A stretch of 64,000 nucleotides of DNA from Phyllobates terribilis. Lineage: Eukaryota. The notes below the pieces were generated by a model that saw nothing but the letters and a program-made list of their open reading frames with translations, was not told where the DNA came from and did no database searches. The position numbers and the translations under genes are program-made. The stretch spans positions 427,862,001 through 427,926,000 of the forward strand of contig NW_027362771.1 of the NCBI RefSeq assembly GCF_046119375.1, given 5' to 3'. Positions 12,855 to 22,312 of the stretch are shown piece by piece; position 1 is the first letter of the stretch, and each line of letters begins with the position of its first letter.

Positions 12855-13600
12855 GGAGAATTGGGAGTGGAGGATGGGAAGAGCAAATGGAGAATATGGA
12901 GTGGAGGGTGGGAAAAGCACATGGAGAAATCGGAGTGGGAGGTGGGAAAAGCACATGGCGAAATGGGAATGGGAGGTGGGAAGAGCACATGGAGAATTGA
13001 GAGTGGGAGGTGGGAAGAGCACATGGGGAATTGGGAGTGGGGGGAGAGCACATGGAGAATTGGGAGTGGGGAGGGTGGGCAGTGTACATGGTGAATTGGT
13101 AGTTGGGTGGGGATAGCGCATGGTGAATGGTGGTGGGGAGAACACATGGAAAATTGGAAGTGGGGGGATGGGGAGAGCACATGAGGCATTGGGGTGGGGA
13201 AAGCACATGATGCATTGGGGGTAGGGAGAGCACATGGAAAACTGGGAGAGGGGAGAGCACATGATGCATTTGGAGTGGGGGGTGGGGAGAGCACATAATG
13301 AATTGTGAGTGGGGTGGGGAGAGCACATAATTAATTGGGAGTGAGGGTGGGGAGAGCACATGATGAATTGGGAGTGGGCATGGGGAGAGAACATGGTGAA
13401 TTGGGAGTGGGGGGTAGGGAGAGCAAATGATGAATTGGGAGTGGGGGTGGTGAGAGCAAATGATGTATTGGGAGTTGGGAGGAGAGCAAATGATGAATTG
13501 GGAGTGGGGGAAAGTAAATGATGATGAATAGAGGATGGGGGTGGGGAGAGCATGGACATGACATAATGAATTGGGGAGGAGGGTGCATGTAAATATAATG
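12855..13600. repeat. G-rich minisatellite, ~30-35-bp degenerate units (GAATTGGGAGTGGGGGTGGGGAGAGCACATG)
   Basis: About 20 visible units. The Pro-, His- and Trp-rich ORFs here are by-products of the repeat. Confidence 0.9.
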
Positions 13601-14846
13601 AATCGGGGGAGCAGGAGGTACAGAGTAGGGGGCGTTGAGGATGCAGGACTGTGATTGGAAAGGAATTGGGGGAAAGATTACAGGTTCTAATTCATTTATA
13701 TATTTATTATTTGGGGTAGTGGCTATTTACAGTTAGTGGGGGCGCAGGGGTGGATTACAATTTATATTTGGAATGGTGGGTTGCTTAATAACTAATTATA
13801 TATTAATGGTGGGTGCACGTCTGTATTCAGCTGTGTAGTGTAGAAGTTGGGGAATATGCTCTAGATAACTGTGTCTTATTTTATGCAGAGATAAGTCCTG
13901 GCTGGAAGAAGTGATGGCGGTCTGTGCTGGGTGAAGGAGAAAAGCGAAGATGAAGAACTTTACCTAGAGACGTCACCGGTGAGTCAGTGTGGTATCTGTA
14001 CACTGACACTATATACTATGTACTGAGTTCCTGTGTATAATGTCAGTGGTGATCACTGTATTACCTGTACACTATATACAGAGCTCCTGTGTATAATGCC
14101 ACTGGTGATCACTGTATTACCTGTACACTTACACTATACACTGTATACCATGTACAGAGCTCCTGTGTATAATGGCACTTATGGTAATATAAGTATTGTT
14201 GTTTTTTTAATTAATGATCAATATTGTAGTATTCGCTCACTATGTGGTGGTAATATGTGGTTCAGTCATGGTGTGGCGGTATTTGTCCCTTGTATGTGGT
14301 ATTGTTCAGTGACATTGTGGTGGTAATATGTGGTCTGGTCATGGTGTGGCGTTTTTTGTCCCTTGTATATGGTATTATTCGGTCACTATGTGGTGGTAAT
14401 ATGTGGTCTGATCCTGGTGTGACGGTATTTGTCCCTTGTATGTGGTATTATTGGTCATTTTAAAATATGTATGTGACACATTCCTTAAAAGAAAAATAAA
14501 GAAAAATATACCTAAAAAGAATGCTGGATATTTTAAGACATGTTTAATAGGTTAGAGAAGAGTAGGACCCGGCCAGAAGAGTCTACCTTGTCGTGGTGGC
14601 GGCTTACAAAACCTTTTGACCAAAACAAAAGCTGCCGGCTATGTATGTGATCTGGTGTTCGATGGGAACTGGTAATGTGTGATTGGTGAGGACGTGGTGC
14701 AAAAGTGGAGTTTTCCAAGAGTGGGCGGTGGGACTGTAGAAGGTTCGAGGGATGGAGGCAGACCTGGGGTGGAGCCTGGGTGGAGTCTCAATGGGGCCTG
14801 AAAATATTGTCAGTATGGGGCCCTGAAATTCCTGGTGGCAGCACTG
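12855..14846. mobile_element. Non-autonomous repeat containing the G-rich minisatellite and TGTACAC/TGTGGT subrepeats, ending ..GAAATTCCTGGTGGCAGCACTG
   Basis: Its last ~380 bp (14470-14846) recur at 39147-39526. Superfamily not assignable by eye. Confidence 0.6.
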
Positions 14847-17826
14847 GTGGCCTGTGGGGCCTTGGCTGCTTACAGTATTTGCGCTTGTGTTCCAAGGACT
14901 GGGACAACTGAACGCTGCGCTGGGACAAGGACATGGATGTGGTTGCTGATGGTGCTAGTTGAGAGTGCGCACCGACAGGTGCAGGGCGGGAGGCATCTTC
15001 GCATGCACCATGGACAGTGAATTGGCATACACGCACAACAGCGGAACAAGCAGTGGTGTCACCCGCAGACACTGTTTCTGGACCCTTGGCTTTCGGCCCA
15101 CTTAGTCAGATGCTTTGCTATCATGTGCCTGATCATGCTGGTGGTGGTCAGACTGCTACTTTTGCTACCCCTGCTGATGCTGGCCTGGCAGATGGTGCAA
15201 ATGGCCATTTTTGGGTTATCTGCAGAGTCTTTGAAAAAGAATCAGACTCGGGAAGACCTAACAGTTGTACTGGCAACTTCCGTCGTGTTGGTGTTACGGG
15301 GAACGGTTGCCCGCCTTGTGTCTGTGTCCACCACACTGCTTGTTCCTGCCTGTTGTGGTGCTATGCCTCCCTCCCCCTGTGTGCTGCTGTCCTCACTCTG
15401 CTTGTCGATGTCATCCTGGCAGGTTGGGTCAGTGACTTCATCGTCCACCACCTTGTCTTTCACTTCCGCACCCTGGTCCTCCTCCTGACTTTCTGGCAAT
15501 TGTGTCTCATCATCATCCACCTCTTGCGACAGCATTTTCCCACCGTCGTGAATCTATAAATGGAAATTCCCACCGGCCCGAATCTATAAATGGAAAAGTG
15601 AACAGCTCTTCGGAGTGTCCAAGTGTGGGATCAGTTGTCAACGGGCAATTGGCATGGTGAGAGGAAGGAGTATCAGGGTGAGGAATATGCGGTCCAGACT
15701 CACGGTTACTGAGACTTGACCGTGTGGAAGACAGGGTGGTGGTGGTAGTGGCAAAGTGACTGGTAGCATTATCTGCTATCCAACTCACTACAAATGGATG
15801 GATTTGTACTGCAGTTATATGTGATACGTCTGACGGACGCCCACGGTTTTAAGTAGCGGTCTTGTAGTTTCCTATTATTCACAGCTACCACATTTGAATA
15901 GCTTCAATCCATTGTGAAAACACATTATGGTCCGAAAAATAATGGGAACTTGCGCAATCAATTCACATTCTCATCATCTGATGTAGAAACCTCAGATATT
16001 TCTACTGATATATCAGATGGGGATTCAAATTCAGTTAAACCCCAAAGCTATTACTTTAAAAAACAGAGGAATGCAAAAAACGACATAGGAGAGCGGGCAG
16101 GAAGCACCACAAGAGATCCAGACTCCATCAAGCATCGCCTCCGGAATCTCAAGCAATATCCACACTGGATGTAATCAGCTTGTCATCAACCTCATTGACT
16201 GAAGCAGAAACAAATTTATTATCAAGAGGTTTAAACCTTGCCCCCACAAATAATAACCTGGACATTTTTTTAACATTAAAAGACATAAACAAATTTGTGC
16301 GAGATTTAACAGTCAGAAAACATTTTTAGCATGCTGAGACTTATAAAACTAACAAAAAGCCTCCAGCACAAGAAAACATCTTCAAGGGGCTGAATTTTTT
16401 GGAACAAACAAGTTTGGCTTGCTTAATAGATCTCAATGAAAATGAAACACCGATTCAAGATGTACATACCATACTTATGTTATCTACAAAAAATTCATCA
16501 TTTTATCCTGTACAAGCAAGAACTAGTATGATGGATCGATTACAAGAGAATGTGGAGCGAGATTTAAAAACATTACTAAATAATTCAACTAATCCCAGAA
16601 AGAAATACAGTCTAACCAAAGTGGAACTTAAAGCCCTGGAAGATATGCAAGCTAGATCTGATATTACTATCAAAAGATTAGATAAGGGTGGCTCAATAGT
16701 AGTGATGAACAGTGAGGACTATGCTAAAGCTATTAATGACATGTTAGCGGATACCACCATTCATACATCTTTACCCAATGATCCAACAATGTTTTTTCAA
16801 GAAAAAATTCAATAATTGATAAATGAAGGTCTATTTATGGGAATTTTGTCTAAAAAATATTCTTAAAATCTAATAGTTGACCACCCAGTAATACCTATCA
16901 TACATGCATTACCTAAAACGCATAAGTCTGGATTTGATTTATCTAACTTGTCCATGCGCCCTATTATTTCTGGTATTGGGTCCTTTGGCGAAAATGTGGG
17001 ACAATGGCTGGACAATGTGGGACAATGGAATGTGGTCAGCAAGGATGGCGTAGCGCCAGATCCGGAAAAAGTGACAGCTATCCAGGACTGGCAGAGGCCG
17101 ATCACAGTCAGAGAGGTACGTCAGTTCTTAGGTTTGGTTGGGTATTACAGAAGATTTATTAAGGGCTACACGAAGATTGCAGTGCCCCTACAAGATCTTC
17201 TAGTAGGCCAAGCTAAGAAGAGAAGGTCTTCAGATCCGCCGTTGGAATGGGGAATGAAACAAGAAGACTCCTTCCAACAAATGAAACAGGCCCTGACCGG
17301 TGAGGAAATCTTGGCGTACCCAGATTATAACCTACCATTTGTCCTCTACACGGATGCAAGTAATGTAGGCCTGGGAGCAGTACTATCCCAAATACAAGTA
17401 GGCAAGGAAAGAGTAATTGCCTATGCCAGTAGAAGACTTCGACCTACTGAGAGGAACCCGGAAAATTATAGCTCTTTTAAGTTGGAGTTTCTGGCCTTGG
17501 TCTGGGCAGTCACGGAGAGGTTCAAGCATTACTTAGCAGCTTCAAAATGTACCATCTTTACGGACAACAATCCGCTAACACACTTGGATACTGCAAAACT
17601 TGGTGCATTGAAGCAGCGCTGGATGGCCCGGCTATCGAATTACGACTTTACCATCAAGTACCGAGCAGGCCGTGGAAATGCAAATGCTGATGCCCTCTCC
17701 AGAAACCCTCAAGTACATTTGCAAGGGCTTGAAGAAGAAGCAGATGACTTGGAGGAAATAGAACTTCCTGTTAGAACCTTGCTGTTAGGTTTTTTTTCCT
17801 TTGCTGGTCACATGACCTTGTTGGCC

Positions 17827-17833
17827 TATTTAA
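17827..17833 (+). promoter_or_regulatory. TATA-like box in the 5' LTR of element B
   Basis: TATTTAA begins 30 nt upstream of the 9-mer (17857-17865) that is complementary to the PBS. Confidence 0.6.
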
Positions 17834-18190
17834 TCCTGCTCCGCCCTTCTGGCTTTGCTGGACTTCATTGTATATCTACTTTCTAGCTAGCCTGTGCTCT
17901 GTATCTAACTCTGTTAGTTTGCTTGGTCTACGGACCTCTATGTTCTATCTATTTTGTTTGTTCGTCTGTCTGCTACTATTTCTGTTAGGAGGTGTCCCAT
18001 ATTCCTCCCAGTCCTTAGTACTTGTAGGGATTCCCTCCCCACATCTATAGGTCTCCGTACAGACTAGATTAGGACTTTAGCAGGTCTGATCGCAGGATCA
18101 GGTTCCCTGTTACATCGTAGGGATTCAGCTGAGTCCTATAGTAGGGACAGATCTCCTCTCTTTCCTTAGCTTTGGTAGCAGAACTTAACA

Positions 18191-18201
18191 GTAAGTCCAG
18201 C
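18191..18201 (+). promoter_or_regulatory. Non-tRNA primer-binding site (self-priming type)
   Basis: GTAAGTCCAGC directly follows the 5' LTR and lacks TGG. AAGTCCAGC is the reverse complement of LTR 17857-17865. Confidence 0.7.
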
Positions 18202-18244
18202 CTGCAAATTCTCTAAGGAAAGATTTTTTTTTTTTTGTTCCATC

Positions 18245-21200
18245 ATGGTGTCGGTTCAGGATTTGGCTAAACACCTGCAGGGACTCTCTCTGGAAGTGGC
18301 CGAGCTCCGTCAGTACGTGAGTAACTGTCCTGGAGCATATTTCTTGGAGCCTAAGGTATGTTTGCCGGATTTATTTTTTGGTGAACATCGAGAATTTTTT
18401 TCATTTAAAAATGCTTGCTTATTGTATTTTCGTTTGAGACCCAAGTCCTCTGGGGATGAATCCCAGCGCGTAGGGTTCATAATGTCACTTTTGCGCAAAG
18501 AGCCTCAGGAGTGGGCCTTTTCTTTGCAACCTAGTGATACATGCTTCAGATCAGTGGATAGTTTTTTTTCTGCTTTAGGATTATTATATGATGATCCTGA
18601 CCGTGTGGCATCAGCTGAGACTGAGTTGAGACGTTTAAAACAAGGATCAGGTAATGTCGAAAAATATTGTACTCATTTTCGTCGTTGGTCCACTCAAACA
18701 GGGTGGAACGATTCTGCTCTGAAAAGTCTATTTCTTGCTGGGCTCAGTGAAAGGGTTAAAGACCTGCTAATTGCTTATCCTACACCTGAGGATTTGCAAC
18801 AGGCTATGCAATTAGCTATACGGGTGGATAGAAGACTGCGTGCTAGGGTTAATGAGAGCAAATCCTCTGCTATGTCAGTTTCTGGTTATGATAATGTGTG
18901 TACTAACAGTGGTGAACCGATGGAGATTGGATCGGTGGCACCTCGCTCTCAAGAAAAAGACCGTCGTTTTTCGGAAGGCTTGTGTTTCTATTGCGGAAAA
19001 TCTGGTCATTTGATTAAAGGCTGTGAGCTTCGTATGAAGAAAGAAAAAAAAATGGTCAGTCACGCCCGTATTGCCTGTTTAAATTCCAAGGGTATATTTT
19101 TAGCTGCTTCCACGATTGCTCAGGAAAAATTAATGGAATTTCGGGTGTTTGTTGATTGCGGGTCTACACTGAATGTAATTGATGGGGGATTCGTGGAAAA
19201 ACTCAATTTAAAACCTGAACCTTTATCATCCCCCATTGCTCTGGTTTCTGTGGATGGCTCCCCTTTGAAGAATATTACTCTCAAGGTCAGTGAATTTCCT
19301 CTCACTATTAATGGTGTTCACCATGAGAAATTGGATTTGGTAGTGTTGAATAACTTGCCTTCTCCAGTAATATTGGGTTTGCCCTGGTTAAAATTTCACA
19401 ATCCTGTACTGGATTGGTCTACCAGTGAAATTAAATCCTGGAGCCATAAATGTTATGACAAGTGTTGTAACGGGCGTATTGCAGCTTTGGATAGGGGAGA
19501 ATTGCCTATTCCTATTCAGGATTTTTGGAGAGTTTTTTCTGAGAAGGAATCGCAGGTTTTGCCTCCCCATAGAGACTATGATTGTTCTATTGAATTTGTC
19601 CCTGGAGCGACTCTTCCTAAAAGTCGTTTATTTAACCTTACTATTCCTGAGAGGAAGGCTTTGGAGGAATACATACAGACAAGTTTGGCCGCCGGTCACA
19701 TTAGGCCCTCTAAGTCTCCTGTGGCGGTTGGATTTTTTTTTGTAAAAAAAAAGGACGGCGGTTTACGTCCTTGTCTGGATTTTCGTGAGATTAACAAAAT
19801 TACGGTACGCAATCCTTACCCACTGCCATTGATTCCTGATCTGTTTAACCAGTTATTGGGGGCCAAGTGGTTCTCTAAAATTGACCTTAAGGGGGCATAC
19901 AATCTGTTGCGCATGAAGGAGGGTGATGAATGGAAGACTGCTTTTAACACTCCTGTGGGTCATTTTGAGAATCTGGTTATGCCTTTTGGTCTTACTAATG
20001 CTCCTGCATTTTTTCAGAATCTGATTAATGACATCCTTAGACCTTTGATCGGTAAAAATGTGGTTGTGTATTTGGATGACATTTTGATTTATTCGCCAGA
20101 TCTGGAGTCTCATTGGCAGAGCGTGCGTGAGGTATTACAGTTATTAATGGACAATTCGCTTTTTGCTAAGCTGGAGAAATGTGAGTTCGCTGTACAGAGA
20201 ATTAGTTTTTTGGGCTACATTATCTCCAGCAAAGGTTTTGAGATGGATCCGGTTAAGGTTCAGGCTGTGCAGGAATGGCCTAGGCCTATTGGTTTGAAAT
20301 CGATACAGAGGTTTTTGGGTTTCGCCAATTACTACAGAAAATTCATAAAAATTTTTTCTAGTATTGTCAAACCTCTGACTGATCTCACCAGGAAAGGTGC
20401 TGATGCGGTTCAGTGGTCTTCTGAGGCCATTGAAGCTTTTGTGTATCTCAAGGAGAAGTTCACCTCTGCTCCCATCCTTATGCAGCCTGATGTTACTAGG
20501 CCGTTTTTGGTTGAGGTTGATGCTTCCTCTGTGGGGGTTGGCGCAGTATTGTCTCAGGATAACGGGGATGGATTACATCCCTGTGCCTTTTTTTCAAAAA
20601 AATTTTCGGAGACTGAACTGAATTACGATATTGGTAATCGGGAATTATTGGCTATTAAACTCGCATTTGAACACTGGCGCCACTTCTTGGAAGGTGCGGA
20701 ATTTCCCGTTCAGGTTCTTACGGATCATAAAAATCTGATATATCTTGATGCTGCCAAGCGCCTGAATGCCCGTCAGGCTAGGTGGGCACTGTTTTTCTCG
20801 CGGTTTAATTTCTCCGTTACTTACATCCCTGGTACTAAGAATGTTAAGGCGGATGCCTTGTCTCGCAGTTTTTCTCCCATAGTCGGTGCTGAGAAAGAGG
20901 AAAACATTTTACAAGAAGGTGTTGTGATAGCTGCTTTAGACTCCGTTTTGGAAGATGAGATTCTTAAAGCTCAGGAGAATGCCCCATCTAACACTCCTCA
21001 TGGGAGGTTGTTTGTGCCTGGGACCTTTAGGAGAGATTTGTTTGTTGAGTGTCACGAATCTCGGTTGGCAGGTCATCCCGGAATCTCTGAGACCAAGAGA
21101 CTGGTGGGTCGCAGTTTTTGGTGGCCTGGATGGCAGAAGGAAGTCATTAAGTGGGTGCGCCAATGTACTATATGTGCTAGATCTAAGTCCTCACATACTC

Positions 21201-22312
21201 CTGCTGCGGGGTTGCTTTGTCCTTTGGAGGTCCCCAGTGCTCCTTGGACACATTTGGCTATGGACTTTATAACTGACCTTCCCCCCTCTGAGGGTTTTAC
21301 TGTCATCTGGGTGGTCGTGGACCGTTTTAGCAAGATGTGTCACTTGGTTCCCTTCGTCAAACTGCCCTGCGCTAAAACTCTCGCTAAGGCCTTTGTCAAG
21401 GAAATTGTCAGACTTCATGGCGTTCCTACTGACATTGTTTCTGATAGGGGTCCTCAGTTCGTGGCTCGTTTTTGGCGTGCCTTTTGTGACAGGTTGGGAA
21501 TTCATTTGTCGTTTTCGTCCGGATATCATCCTGAATCTAATGGCCAGACAGAAAGGAAAAACCAGGATGTTGAGCAGTTCTTGCGTTGTTTTGTGGCAGA
21601 CAATCAAGAGGGGTGGTCTGAGTTTCTGCCACTTGCCGAATTTGCTCTGAACAATCATACATCTTCTTCTGCTGGTTGTTCGCCTTTTTTTTGTTGTTCT
21701 GGGAGACATCCGTCGTTTGGGTCGTTCTCCATGTTGGGATCTGCCGTGCCTGAGGAGGAGAATTTTTCCGGTGATTTGGAAAGAGTTTGGACGGATGTGC
21801 GTGGTAATCTTCAGGAGGCCAACAGAAAATCTAAAGACTACTTTGATAGGAAACGACAGGAGGTTTTGTTCGCTGTTGGTGACATGGTTTGGTTGTCCTC
21901 TAGGAATCTGCGGTTGAGGATTCCTTCTAAGAAATTGGGTCCCAAGTTTGTAGGGCCCTTTAAGGTGCTTCAGGTTGTCAACCAATCTGCTGTTAGGTTG
22001 GAGGTTCCTACCTCCTGGAGAATTAATCCGGTCTTTCATGTCTCTCTGTTAAAAAAAGCTGTTGTGTCGGATGGTGACGCCTCTGCCTCTGTTCCTCCGG
22101 TGGTGGAGGACGGGGAATATGAAATTTCTCGCATCCTTGACTCTAGACGGTATAGAGGTAGTTTGCAGTATCTTGTGGCCTGGAAAGGTTTCGGACCCGA
22201 GGATAACTCTTGGGTGAGGTCAGATGATGTTTCCGCGTCCAGACTTATCAGAGCGTTTCACAGGAGATTTCCTGATAAGCCTGGTCCTAGGGGATCCGGA
22301 GGATCCTCTTAG
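18245..22312 (+). CDS. Intact single-ORF Gag-Pol polyprotein (gag, CCHC knuckle, protease, RT, RNase H, integrase, chromodomain), 1355 aa
   Basis: CFYCGKSGHLIKGC; VFVDCGS; VYLDDIL; VEVDASS; H..GH..C..C; MDF/SDRG/QTERKN (DDE); YEISRILDSR..QYLVAWKGFGPEDNSW. Confidence 0.96.
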   Translation: MVSVQDLAKHLQGLSLEVAELRQYVSNCPGAYFLEPKVCLPDLFFGEHREFFSFKNACLLYFRLRPKSSGDESQRVGFIMSLLRKEPQEWAFSLQPSDTCFRSVDSFFSALGLLYDDPDRVASAETELRRLKQGSGNVEKYCTHFRRWSTQTGWNDSALKSLFLAGLSERVKDLLIAYPTPEDLQQAMQLAIRVDRRLRARVNESKSSAMSVSGYDNVCTNSGEPMEIGSVAPRSQEKDRRFSEGLCFYCGKSGHLIKGCELRMKKEKKMVSHARIACLNSKGIFLAASTIAQEKLMEFRVFVDCGSTLNVIDGGFVEKLNLKPEPLSSPIALVSVDGSPLKNITLKVSEFPLTINGVHHEKLDLVVLNNLPSPVILGLPWLKFHNPVLDWSTSEIKSWSHKCYDKCCNGRIAALDRGELPIPIQDFWRVFSEKESQVLPPHRDYDCSIEFVPGATLPKSRLFNLTIPERKALEEYIQTSLAAGHIRPSKSPVAVGFFFVKKKDGGLRPCLDFREINKITVRNPYPLPLIPDLFNQLLGAKWFSKIDLKGAYNLLRMKEGDEWKTAFNTPVGHFENLVMPFGLTNAPAFFQNLINDILRPLIGKNVVVYLDDILIYSPDLESHWQSVREVLQLLMDNSLFAKLEKCEFAVQRISFLGYIISSKGFEMDPVKVQAVQEWPRPIGLKSIQRFLGFANYYRKFIKIFSSIVKPLTDLTRKGADAVQWSSEAIEAFVYLKEKFTSAPILMQPDVTRPFLVEVDASSVGVGAVLSQDNGDGLHPCAFFSKKFSETELNYDIGNRELLAIKLAFEHWRHFLEGAEFPVQVLTDHKNLIYLDAAKRLNARQARWALFFSRFNFSVTYIPGTKNVKADALSRSFSPIVGAEKEENILQEGVVIAALDSVLEDEILKAQENAPSNTPHGRLFVPGTFRRDLFVECHESRLAGHPGISETKRLVGRSFWWPGWQKEVIKWVRQCTICARSKSSHTPAAGLLCPLEVPSAPWTHLAMDFITDLPPSEGFTVIWVVVDRFSKMCHLVPFVKLPCAKTLAKAFVKEIVRLHGVPTDIVSDRGPQFVARFWRAFCDRLGIHLSFSSGYHPESNGQTERKNQDVEQFLRCFVADNQEGWSEFLPLAEFALNNHTSSSAGCSPFFCCSGRHPSFGSFSMLGSAVPEEENFSGDLERVWTDVRGNLQEANRKSKDYFDRKRQEVLFAVGDMVWLSSRNLRLRIPSKKLGPKFVGPFKVLQVVNQSAVRLEVPTSWRINPVFHVSLLKKAVVSDGDASASVPPVVEDGEYEISRILDSRRYRGSLQYLVAWKGFGPEDNSWVRSDDVSASRLIRAFHRRFPDKPGPRGSGGSS

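Larger units (their letters stand above)
12775..15906 (-). pseudogene. hAT transposase remnants (12775-12852; 14850-15785 including the BED zinc-finger region) plus the start of the 5' non-coding region
   Basis: CDNGRNLVVALKRGGLTH and QSLEHKRKY motifs, and a BED-like segment homologous to 60540-60760 (SRVWLLFKDS..KAICTTC..IRH..KH). Confidence 0.8.

Noticed and set aside
12746-13588. Overlapping Pro/His/Ser-rich ORFs up to 245 aa
   Set aside because: Translations of the G-rich minisatellite.
19141-19180. Protease motif DCG rather than D(S/T)G as an inactivating lesion in element B
   Set aside because: The catalytic Asp and Gly are present, and I cannot tell without the family consensus whether Cys is normal.
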